A DNA stretch of 64,000 nt from Mobula hypostoma (lineage: Eukaryota): NCBI RefSeq assembly GCF_963921235.1, contig NC_086097.1:41852001-41916000 (forward strand). Reading direction: 5' to 3'. The first letter of the stretch is position 1, and the number at the start of each line of letters is the position of its first letter. Below the pieces are notes generated by a model that was not told the origin of the DNA, ran no database searches, and saw only the letters and a list, made by a program, of their open reading frames with translations. Both the position numbers and the translations under genes were made by a program. This document shows, piece after piece, positions 36,365-47,222 of the stretch.

Positions 36365-36583
36365 TTTTTAAAACCTGTGGATGTTGGAAATCGGAAATAA
36401 AAGCTACCAAAACATAAGTCAGACAGTGTCTGTGGGAAAATAAATTTTCAATGTTTCAGGTTCAGGATCTTTCATCTGAACTTTCTGATAAGGGGTTAAA
36501 GGCCTGAAATGCTAACTGTTCCTCTTTCCACCGCTGCTGCCTAATCTGCTGAGTGATTCCAGCATTTTCTGCTCTTATTCCTG
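36365..36583. repeat. Head-to-head inverted pair of PLE tails
   Basis: Two arms of about 100 bp are inverted homologues around TCTGAA-CT-TTCTGA (centre 36481-36482); each arm starts in a decayed hammerhead core. Confidence 0.65.
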
Positions 36584-37329
36584 ACAAGCTTCACTTTCAT
36601 TTGCTGACCAGTCAGAGAAGCAACTCTTGATCCCTATTCCCTTTCTCCAACCTCTCTACCAATTACCTATCTGTGAACATAATTGCTTGCTGTAGACTTT
36701 CTCCAATATATTAATAGGTTGAGAAGGCACTGCCTGCTGTGCTAGAAAGTCTCTCTAGTCCTATTACTGCGACATATGAAATAGCTGTATGTAACTGAAT
36801 ACCAAATTAGGGAGAGAGACACCAAACAGGAATGAGCATAGGAGACTTTAATTATATTAAAAGACAATATAAAACCTACAGATATGTATAAAATAAACAA
36901 AATGCAAAATACTAAATTCTGGGGAAAGAAATGCATAATGAAAATATTCTCCAAAAGCGTAACACATTCAATTAAGTAGAGGAATAGAAGTTATTCAGTA
37001 ATTGGATAGGAGGATAAAAATATTTGGTTCATCTTCTGATATTGGAGACATAGATTTACTAAGGTCACGGCAGGGAATAGAACATATTCTGTGTTGATAA
37101 ACTATGTATGTTGGGATTTAATATTTTTATATATGACTGGACACACTGCCCTCCGTACAAGAAATAAAAGTAATTTACTTGGTAACAAGTATTTATAGAT
37201 AGAAACAGAAATTGTGACTCAATATAAAGGTAATTTTGTTAGAAAGTTACAGTAAGTGTAAGACAGTTACATGCAGAATATTATTTGCCATTTACAAGTA
37301 GGTCATCACAAAAGAGCCAAGGATTGGCT

Positions 37330-38360
37330 ATCTTCAACATAGGAGAGTTCAACCATCTACCTTGAACATTCAATGGCCTGACCCCTGCTGATTCCCTGGG
37401 GATTCATATTGACCAGGAACCCACTGGATCAGCTACTTACCTTTCAACAGAAAGTTTGCATTGCTTCAAGAAGACAGCTCATTACCAGCTTAGAACAAAC
37501 AGCACAGGAACAGGCCCTCCGGCCCACAATGCTGGGCCAAACTGATTACCTTAGTAATCAGATGACTAACTAAATGAATCTCTTCTGCCTACAAACTAAT
37601 CTTTTCTGCTTACAACCTCTGGAGGAAAAACAAACTGCCGAAGGAACTCAGCGAGTCGAGCAGAATCTGCAAAGGCAATAAGATTATTAACATTTCAGGT
37701 TGTGACTACATCAGGATTGAGAGTATGGAGAGAAGATGGCCAGCATAAAGAGTAGTGGGGAGGGGTGAGACAGGGGCAGGTAGGTGATAGGTGGACCAGG
37801 TGAGGTGGGGGATGATGGCCAGATGGACAAGTGGCTGGAGACATTAAGGGACAGAGGCTGATGGCTGATAGATGGAAACCAACTGCATTTTGGTTCCTCC
37901 AGCATTTTGTGTGTGTTACTGTGGCTTTCCAGCATCTGGAGAATCTCTTGTGCTTACTATTTGCTCCCCTATCTATACTTCACACTGCCTCAGTAAAGCA
38001 ACCACTATAGTTAAAGACCCCATCCATCCTTGACATTCCCTCTTCTCCTCTCTTCCTTTGGACAAGAGATACAAAAACATGAAAGCACAACCCACCAGGC
38101 TCAAGGACAGCATCTGCCCCACTTTTATAAGAGTATTAAATAGTTCCCTGAAACAATAAGTGGGACTCTTGACCTCACAATCTACATCATTATGATCTTA
38201 CACTTTATTGTCTACGTGTACTGCACTTTCTCTGTAGTTATTACATGTTATTCTGCATTATTATTATTTTACATTGTTCTACCCCAGTGCACTGCTCTGT
38301 ATGCAAGACAAACTTTTCACTCTGTACACATGACAATAATAAACAAACTCCAGTTCCAAA
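37330..38360. mobile_element. Cluster of short remnants: LINE pieces, PLE tails (minus 37620-37870, plus 37885-37955) and a Rex1 3' end (plus, 37965-38360)
   Basis: Similar to other copies in the window; TGACAATAATAAAC tail at about 38335. Confidence 0.65.
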
Positions 38361-38844
38361 AAGGCCCAGCTGAGAGAGTACTTTGCTCATTGTGCTCAAA
38401 TAGGGCCATGCAGCCTGTTTTCATGCTGACTTTAAGTGACTCTACGACCCTAAGTGACTGGAATACAAAGGCAGAACAACAACTGGATGCTCAGATTAGA
38501 GAGCCATCTACTTTTTAATAGTTTCATAAAAGCTGAAATATTGCTCAATAACTTTTGGAAATCAACTCAACTGAGAACTAAAAAACTGTTAACTGAAATA
38601 AAGGATAAGTAAGTAGGGCTAGGTAAAAAAGTTTGATAAAATTACAGGAGAGAAGAGCAACAAAGAGGAACTTAAGAGGGGGATGAAGGGGAAGGGGAAG
38701 AGTTTAGAGGAGGGAGGGGTATGGGGTTAGCATTTACATGCATGCACTTTTAACTCTAATGCATGTTCAGCATCCAACTTATTCGCCTTTTTCCCTGCAG
38801 GTGATGGTGTGCTAGAGTAATAATTTCAGTGAAGGAAAAATTTT

Positions 38845-38945
38845 TAAAAACTGCAAATGCCGGAAATCTGAAATAAAAATAGAACATAGTGAAAATATTC
38901 AGCAGGTCAGCGAACATCTGTAGAAGAGAAAGAGTTGGTGTTTAA
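38845..38945 (-). mobile_element. Short PLE tail
   Basis: CTGCAAATGCCGGAAATCTG...CAGCAGGTCAG..CATCTGT, homologous to 63159-63288. Confidence 0.55.
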
Positions 38946-39689
38946 CTGGGTCACAAGAAGATACAATATGGAACAGTCCTTTTGGCCCAGTGTGTCTGCA
39001 CTGACGATCAAGCATCCTCGAGAGTCAGCAAAGAGTTGATTCTATCAGTTGCCTCCTCCTATATCATAAGTAGTAAAATATATATCATCATGTGACACAC
39101 TGCATCAGCAGCAATGCAATGACAATGCCAGTGAATGAGTTGTGTAAAATCAGACAAGTACATTACATATTTAATACATTATATCTGGATGGATGAGGTA
39201 AAAACTTGCCACACACAAAGCAACAAATTGACACTAGATGAAGATTGACAATAGATGAAGAATTTGCCAAAATTATTTTTGTACTTTTTTTTTTGAACAT
39301 TGATTCTAAAACCTGGCTGATGTGTTCAGTTAATAATTGGACAAATAGGTCTTCAAGTTCACACTGCAAAATGTCACTGTGGCACTTTAACTCTGACTGC
39401 TAGTGTTGTGCTTTCCAATACCCATAAGGAATCTGTGATGTTACCATCAAAGCAACTACAGAAGAGCTCTGGAAACATTCTTCAACAGAAACGTGGGGAA
39501 GAAAAGCTTCCTAATGCTAGATGGTGTAGTTCCAGCCAATTGAAAGCATCAATATCTCAATGGGTTCACTGTCTCTGATTTCCATATATTGGAATGCACT
39601 TTTTCCTCCTTAAAATCTTGTAGTATTAACAAATGAGAAGGAATAATTTTTAATTCTAAAAGTAAACTGAATTGACCTAATACTGATTC

Positions 39690-40788
39690 CATAAGATCAT
39701 AAGATGTAAGAGCAGAAGTAGACCATTCAACGCATTTAATCTGCTCTAATCATGTCTGATTTATGATTCCTCTCAACCCCATTCTCCTGCCTTCTCCCTG
39801 TAACCTTTGATGCCTTAACTACTCAAGAACCTATCAGCCACTGTGTTAAATATATTCAATGACTTGGCCTCCACAGCCACCTGTGGCAATTAATTCCATA
39901 GATTCACTACCTTCTGGCTAAGAAATCCTCCTTATTTCTGTTTTAAATGTATGTCCCTCTATGCTGTGGCTGTGCCTTCTGGTTTAGACTCACTCACTAA
40001 AAGAAACAGCCTCTCCACATCCACTCTATCTAGGCCTTTACAATATTCGATAGATTTTAATGAGATTTCCCCTCATCTTTCTAAACTCCAGTGAGTACAG
40101 ACCCAGAGCCATCAAAAGCTCCTCATAAATTAACCCTTTCGTTCCTGGAATCATTCTCGTGAATCTCATTTGGAGCCTCTCCAATGCCAGCACATCTCAT
40201 CTTAGATAAGGCTCTCAAAACTGCTCACAATACTCCAAGTGTGTATTATAAAGTCTCAACATTACAATCTTGCTTTTATATTCTATTCCTCTCTAAATGA
40301 ATGCTAGTATTGCATTTGCCTTCCTTACCACTGACTCAAACTGCAAGTTAACCTTCAGGGAATCCTGCACAAGGATTCCCAAGTCCCTTTGCACCTCTGA
40401 TTTTTGAATTTTCTCCCCATTTAAAAAAAAACTATACACTTTTATTTCTTCTACCAAAGTGCATGATCATACACTTCCCTACATAATACTCCATCTGCCA
40501 CTTCTTTGCACATCCTCCCAGTCTGTTGAAGTCCTGGAGGCACCTTGCTTCTTCAACACCATCGGCCCTGCCACCTATCTTTGTATTGCCTGCAAACTTG
40601 GCCACAAAGTCATCAATACTATCATCCAAATGATTGACATATAACATGAAAAGAGGCAGTCCCACACCAGTCCCTGTGGATCATCTTTAGGCACTGGCAG
40701 CCCACCAGAATAGGCCTCCTTTATTCCCTTTCTTAGCTTTCTACCACTCATCCAAAATTCTATGCATGCTAGTACCTTTCCTGTAAAA
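39690..40788 (-). mobile_element. CR1 3' fragment
   Basis: ORF 40432..40665 RT end; CATAAGA tail at 39690. Confidence 0.85.
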
Positions 40789-40789
40789 C

Positions 40790-41631
40790 CAGATTAGGAG
40801 TATGGACAAGAAACTGGCAATTGAAATACAATGTTGGAAAATACACTGTCATGCACTTTGGTAATAGAAATAAATGTGCAGGCTATTTTCTAAATGGGGA
40901 GAAAATCTGAAATGCATAGGGACTGGGGAGTCCGTGTGCAGGACACACAAAAAGTTAACTTGCAGGTTGAGTCAATGGTGAGGAAGGCAAATGCAGTCTT
41001 AACAATCATTTCAAGACGTCTTGAATACAAGAGCAAGGATGTAATGCTGAGGCTTTATAAAACATTGGTAAGGCCTCACCTTGAGTATTGTGAACAGTTT
41101 TGGGCTCCTCAGGAAAAGATGTCTTAGCATTGGAGAGGGTCCAGAGGTGGTTCACAAGGATGATTCCAGGAATGAAAGGGTTATCATACGAGGAAAAGTT
41201 GATGGCTCTGGGTCTGTACTCTTGGGAATTTAGAAGGATGGGGGAGGATTTCCTTGAAACCTTTTGAATGTTGAAAGGCCTAGACAGAGTAGATGTGGAA
41301 AGGATGTTTCCCATGGTGGGGAAGCCTAGGATAAGAGCGCACAGCCTCAGAATAAGGGGCGTCCATTTAAAACAGAGATACAGATAAATTTCTTTAGCCA
41401 GAGGCTGGTGAATTTGTAGAACTTGTTACCACAGGCAGCTGTGGAAGTTGGGTTGTTGGGTGTATTTAAGGCAGAGATTGGTAAGTTCTTGATTGGACAT
41501 TGCATCAAAGATTACAGAGAAAAGGCTGGGGAATGAGGATGAGGAGGGGAAAAAAATTGGATCAGCCATGATTGACTGGTGAAGCAGACTCGATGGGCCA
41601 AATAGCCTAATTCGGCTCCTATGTCTTATGG
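40790..41631 (+). mobile_element. CR1 3' fragment
   Basis: ORF 40894..41127 LYKTLVRPHLEYC; TCTTATGG tail. Confidence 0.88.
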
Positions 41632-42774
41632 TAAAGGACTACGGCTTTCGTTAAGCACATAAAATGACTCTTGCATGTTTTATTGACAAAATCCTACATT
41701 GGTGACCCCAATGCTCTCAGCAATTCAAGTGTTAATCAACGGCATGACAACCCATGCAGTCACTTTGAAGTTGCTAGACTTTTGAAAGCAGAATAATACC
41801 ATGTGCTTTGCACAGGCTGAAGCCCTGTTTACGCTGCGAGAAATCACCACGGGCAATACCAAATTTTACTACATTTTAGCATCACTAAGTAGCTCCACAG
41901 CAGCCAGAGTGATGGGTCTACTGGAAGACCTGCCTGTATGTGATAAATATGCCACTCTGAAACCTCACCTATTACAGCCTTTTGGACTGTCTGGGTCCGA
42001 ACGTGCCAAACAGTTGCTCTCCTTGCCTGACCTGGGTGACGCTAGGTCTTCAGAATTTTAATGGACCACATCCTACCCCTCCCGTGCAATCGCCATCCTT
42101 GTTCTATTTTTAAAGAATTCTTGATACAACAAATCCCTGATCACGTTCATACACCCCTTGCTAATACACCCGTAAAGAACTACAGGGAGCTTGCTAAGAT
42201 GGCTGATCGTTCAGCCAGGCACAGATGCATTGTTCCTCCTTCTTTCCCTGCCTCAGCAAGACCTGTTGGCAAAGCCTCCAGGACTCTCACGCCTGCGGCT
42301 CCAAACCAGACGATGCCAGGTCTACGTCAGTAACGCATGCACTTCGGCCAGATCGCCAAGAATTGCTGACCACCATGCAGTTTCAGCACTGCCCGTGCAT
42401 TGGACCGTCGGAGGTCCGTGGACACTGTAGGTTCAGAACATGGAGGAACCAACATGCTCCCCTACATCTCCCGATGACTATTGTTCTCAGTTCTCGGTAT
42501 CTGAAGGTGATGTGCCTTCCAGAGAGTGAATACAAGGAGAGCATCCAGTCTGGACAGAGCACCTGACTGAGTACTGAAGACCTGGGCTGACCAACTGGCT
42601 GGTGTGTTCACTGATATCTTTAACCTCTGTCTTCGGCAGTGTGAGGAACCCACCTGCTTCAAGCAGGCTTCAATCATACCAGTGCCCAAGCAGAGCATGG
42701 TAGCCTGCCTCGGTGACTATCACCCAGTGGCACTTACGTCCACAGTGATGAAGCGTTTTGAGAGGTTGGTGTTA

Positions 42775-43555
42775 CATAGACACATAGAAACATAGAAAAT
42801 AGGTGCAGGAGTAGGCCATTCGGCCCTTTGAGCCTGCACCGCCATTTATTATGATCATGGCTGACCATCCAACTCAGAACCCCACCCCAGCCTTCCCTCC
42901 ATACCTCCTGACCCCCGTAGCCACAAGGGCCATATCTAACTCCCTCTTAAATATAGCCAATGAACTGGCCTCAACTGTTTCCTGTGGCAGAGAATTCCAC
43001 AGATTCACCACTCTCTGTGTGAAGAAGTTTTTCCTAATCTCGGTCCTAAAAGGCTTCCCCTCTATCCTCACACTGTGGCCCCTCGTTCTGGACTTCCCCA
43101 ACATCGGGAACAATCTTCCTGCATCTAGCCTGTCCAATCCCTTTAGGATCTTATACGTTTCAATCAGATCCCCCCTCAATCTTCTAAATTCCAACGAGTA
43201 CAAGCCCAGTTCATTCAGTCTTTCTTCATATGAAAGTCCTGCCATCCCAGGAATCAATCTGGTGAACCTTCTTTGTACTCCCTCTAAGGCAAAGATGTCT
43301 TTCCTCAGATTAGGGGACCAAAACTGCACACAATACTCCAGGTGTGGTCTCACCAAGGCCTTGTACAACTGCAGTAGTACCTCCCTGCTCCTGTACTCGA
43401 ATCCTCTCGCTATAAATGCCAGCATACCATTCGCCTTTTTCACCGCCTGCTGTACCTGCATGCCCACTTTCAATGACTGGTGTATAATGACACCCAGGTC
43501 TCGTTGCACCTCCCCTTTTCCTAATCGGCCACCATTCAGATAATAATCTGTTTTC
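42775..43555 (-). mobile_element. Young CR1 3' fragment inside Rex1
   Basis: ORF 42874..43509 is nearly identical in protein to 6329..7006 and is open to the natural stop; (CATAGAAA)n tail. Confidence 0.95.
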
Positions 43556-44674
43556 AGTTCCTATCTGAGTGGCATTTTGGATCCACTCCAATTTGCCTAC
43601 TGAAGTAACAGGTCCACAGGAGATGTCATCTCACTGGCTCTTCACACAATGCCAGAACTTCTGGACAGCGAAGGTGCATACATCAGGATGCTCTTTGTTA
43701 ATTACAGCTCAGCGTTTAATACCATCAACCCCTTAAAGCTAATCAGTAAACTTCAAGACCTGGGCCTCAATATTCCCTTGAGCAATTGGATCCTGGATTT
43801 CCTCATTTGCAGACCTCAGTCAGTTCAGATTGGCAAAAATATCTCCTCCACAATCTCCATTAATACAGGTGCACCACAGGGCTGGGTGCTTAGCACCCTG
43901 CTCTACTCGCTTTGCACCTATGACTGTGTGGCTAAGTACCGCTCTAATGGCATATGCAAATTAGCAGATAACACCACTGTTGTGGGCCATGAAAAAGGTG
44001 ATGATTAAACAGCATACGGGAGGGAAATTGAAAATTTCGTTGAGGGGTGTCATAAGAGCAATCTTTCTCTCAATGTCAGCAAGAACAAGGAATTGATTGC
44101 AGACTTCAGGAGAGGGAGGCCAGAGGTCTATGAGCCAGCATTCATTGGAGGATCAGAGATGGAAGTGTCAGTAATTTTAAATTTCTGGACGTTGCTATCT
44201 CAAAGTACCTGTCCCGGACCCATCACGTGAAAGTAATTGCAAAAAAAAAACACAACTGTGCCTCTACTTTCTCAGGAGTCTGTGGAGATTCGACATGTCA
44301 TTAAAAACATTGCCAAACATCTGTAGATGTGTAGTGGAAGGTGTGCTGACTGGCTGCATTATGACCTGGGATGGGAACACTAATGCCTTTGAGCAGAAAA
44401 TCTTACAAAAGGTAATGGATTCGGCCCAGAACATCATGGGTAAACCCCTCTCAACCATCGAGTACATCTGCATGAAACATTGTCATAGAAAAGCAGCATC
44501 CATCATCAAAGATCCTCACCACTCAGGCCAGGCACTTTTCTCGCTGCGGCCATCAGGTAGAAGGCACAAGTGCCTCAGGACTTCAGGAATAAATGCCTCA
44601 GATTCAAGAACAGTTACTACCCCTCAGCCACCATGCTCTTGAACAAGAGAGGATAACTACACTCAATCTACTTT

Positions 44675-44805
44675 GACGAAGGGTCTCGGCCCAAAACGTC
44701 GACTGTACCTCTTCCAATAGATGCTGCCTGGCCTGTGGCGTTCACCAGCAACTTTTACGTGTGTTGCTTGAAATTCCAGCAGCTCCAGATTTCCTCGTGT
44801 TTGCG
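44675..44805 (+). mobile_element. 131-bp PLE tail insertion
   Basis: Perfect 13-bp TSD CTCAATCTACTTT (44662-44674 and 44806-44818); closely matches 25232-25324. Confidence 0.9.
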
Positions 44806-45507
44806 CTCAATCTACTTTTGGTGTTTCCACAACCAATGATCTCACTTGAAGGACTCTTTATCTTGATATTTCATGCTTTTGTTATTTATTGCTATTTATT
44901 TATATTTGCATTTGCACAGATTGTTGTCTTCTATGCCCTTGCTTTTTCATTGATCCTATTCACAGCTACTGTTCTATAGATTTGCTGAGTATGCCCGCAG
45001 GAAAAAGAATTTCAGAGTGGGATGTGGTGACACGAATGTACTCTGATTATAAATTTTACTTGAACTTTAGGTTCCAGCTGCCAGGATCATCTATTGTTGA
45101 TTACAGACATCTTTTTAGGGTGATGCTTCTTATGTGACATGGATGCTCAAGTGATTGCGCTGTCAGCGTCGCCTATAGATTACAAGGCAGAGACCTACGG
45201 ATCACCACTTGCCACCAACAGCAGCAGGATCCAGAGTTATGGGATGTGACGTGTAATGCTTTGCTTCAGTGGATGATTCTACACATGGGAATTTGTCTTG
45301 GCTGAAGTTGTTAGGCCTCTGTTCAGTGCAGATTTCCTGTCTGCCAAAGGACTGTTAGTAAATCTGAAGAATAGCCACCATGTTGAATCAAAGAACTTCG
45401 GGTCGTAACCCTGTACCCCAGTCAGTTCCCCACACTGACTCTGTCTAGTGCACACATCACCACATGTGAATTCACTGGCCTGCTGGGTGAATTCTCAAAC
45501 CTCACCT

Positions 45508-46320
45508 GTTGTGTGTTTAATATTTCAGTAACATTAGAGTAATCCTGTAAATACACGTTGACCACCGATTTTCCTGAAAGTGATGGTTCGACACCTCTTT
45601 TAATCAGATGAAATTACGAGGCATAGTTTCCTTGGTAATGCGCCTGAAGAAAAGTTTGACGATTTTTTCAGGCTTTTGTGTGCCAAAGGAGAAAGTAGTT
45701 GTTCATGATTTGCTTGTGTATGCAAAAAGTGTTACAGGACCTGCTTTCAAAGATATAGCACGTTGGCTTTAACGAAGAAAATCTATGTGAATGGATAATT
45801 GTTGATGACAAAGCACCTGTTGTGCACCTCCTTACAGACTCAGAAATTATAGAGTGTTCTGAACACTGATAAACACACTGCAAGTGATGAAGATGCAGTG
45901 ATGGTGATGAAAAAATGAAACTGAAAGATTTACTCTGAACAAGTTAATTGAGTTGTTGGTGATTTAATCAAAGCTTTAGAGAAACATACCTTTGTGACAG
46001 AACAAGAGCTAATGAATTTTTATTTAATTCAAGAAACATAGGAGAGATCAAAACAGATGAACCAACTTTGCCTGGATGAAATATTTAAGAAGATAACGGA
46101 GAAGAAACATTCTTTGTAAGTAAAGTAATTAATAAATTTACATTTAATTTTTGCTTAATTAATAATCCCTTTTAGGCTTCTATAGTCCTTTTTTGTCATT
46201 ACCATTGAATGACCTATTTTAATCGGGCAAAAACTTTAATCCAGCAAGGTTCAAGAACTGAGGGTGCCAGAAAATCGGTAGTCAACCTGCATGTTGTTTG
46301 ATTAAGTATTCTTTATTTTA
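45508..46320 (+). repeat. Gypsy LTR fragment related to 15383-15627, split by a Tigger element
   Basis: TGTTGTGTGTTTAATATTTC...TGTAAATA and TGTTGTTTGATTAAGTATTCTTT match the reverse complement of 15570-15627. Confidence 0.7.
45554..46289 (+). mobile_element. Tigger/pogo-family deletion derivative (Tigger3/Golem-like)
   Basis: TIRs CACGTTGACCACCGATTTTC and GAAAATCGGTAGTCAACCTG, with TA left and CA right. Remnants VDDKAPVVHLLTDSEII and LEKHTFVTEQELM resemble the Tigger3 transposase C-terminus. Confidence 0.8.
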
Positions 46321-47222
46321 TGGACATTATAGAGCCATAGTCACAGAGACGTTCAGAACAAAAACAGACTTTTTGGCCCCTCTATTCCACGCCAAAACCA
46401 TTTAAACTGCCTACTCCCATTGACCTGCACTGGAACTGCAGTCCTCCATATCCCTATAATCCATGTACCTATCCAAAATTCTCCTAAACGTTGAAATCGA
46501 GCTCCCATGCACACTTGTGCTGGCAGCTCATTCCACACTCTCACAATCCTCTGAGTGAAGAGGTTTCCCCTCATGTTCCCCTTAAAACTCCCCTTTCACA
46601 CTTAACCTATAACCTCTGGTTGTAGTCGCTCCCAACCTCTGTAAAAAAGCCTGACTGCATTTACCCGACATCTACACCTCTTAATTTTGCATACTGCTAT
46701 CAAATTTCTCAGTCTTCTATGTTTTAAAGAATACAGTCCTAACCTATTCAATCTTTCCTTGTAACTCAGGTCCTCCAGATCCAGCAACACTCTTGTAAAT
46801 TTTTTTCTGCACTCTTTCAACCTTGTTTACATCTTTCCTGTGGGTAGGTGATCAAAAGTGCACACAGTACTCCAATTTAGGACTCACCAACTCCCTATAC
46901 AACTTCAACATAACATCCCATCTTCTGTACTCAATACATTGAGTTATGAAGGCCAATGTGCCAAAAGTTTTTTTTACGACCCTATCTTCCTGTGATGCCG
47001 TAATTATGGCCTATATTCCCAGACACCTTTGTTCTACTACACTCCTCAGTGCCTTACCGTTCACTGTGTAAGACATACCCTGGTTGGTCCTACTGAAGTG
47101 CAAAACCTTGTGCCTGCCTGCATTAAATTCCATCTGCTATTTTTCAGCCCATTTTTCCAGACCTCTCTGCAAGCCATGATAGCTTTCCTTACTGTCCACT
47201 ACATCCCCAATCTTGGTGTCAT

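Larger units (their letters stand above)
42435..45067 (+). mobile_element. 5'-truncated Rex1/Babar LINE
   Basis: IFNLCL...IIPVPK...PVALTS...FERLV; RMLFVNYSSAFNTI; TGAPQG; TTGAAC tail. TSD TAGGTTC at 42428-42434 and 45068-45074. Confidence 0.92.
41632..45507 (+). mobile_element. Second Gypsy family remnant (LTR end, PBS, gag, protease), split by a Rex1 insertion
   Basis: LTR end ...CTACA at 41698; PBS TGGTGACCCC at 41700; gag FAQAEALFTLREIT..TKFYYILASL (41801..42061); protease-like FLCDMDAQV at about 45127-45155. Confidence 0.8.

Noticed and set aside
39690..41631. Large inverted repeat or twin-primed CR1
   Set aside because: Both arms are complete, visibly diverged CR1 3' ends, better explained as two independent insertions.
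42851..43543. 230-aa plus-strand ORF
   Set aside because: Antisense to the CR1 ORF2 C-terminus; the sister copy gives only broken pieces of the same frame.
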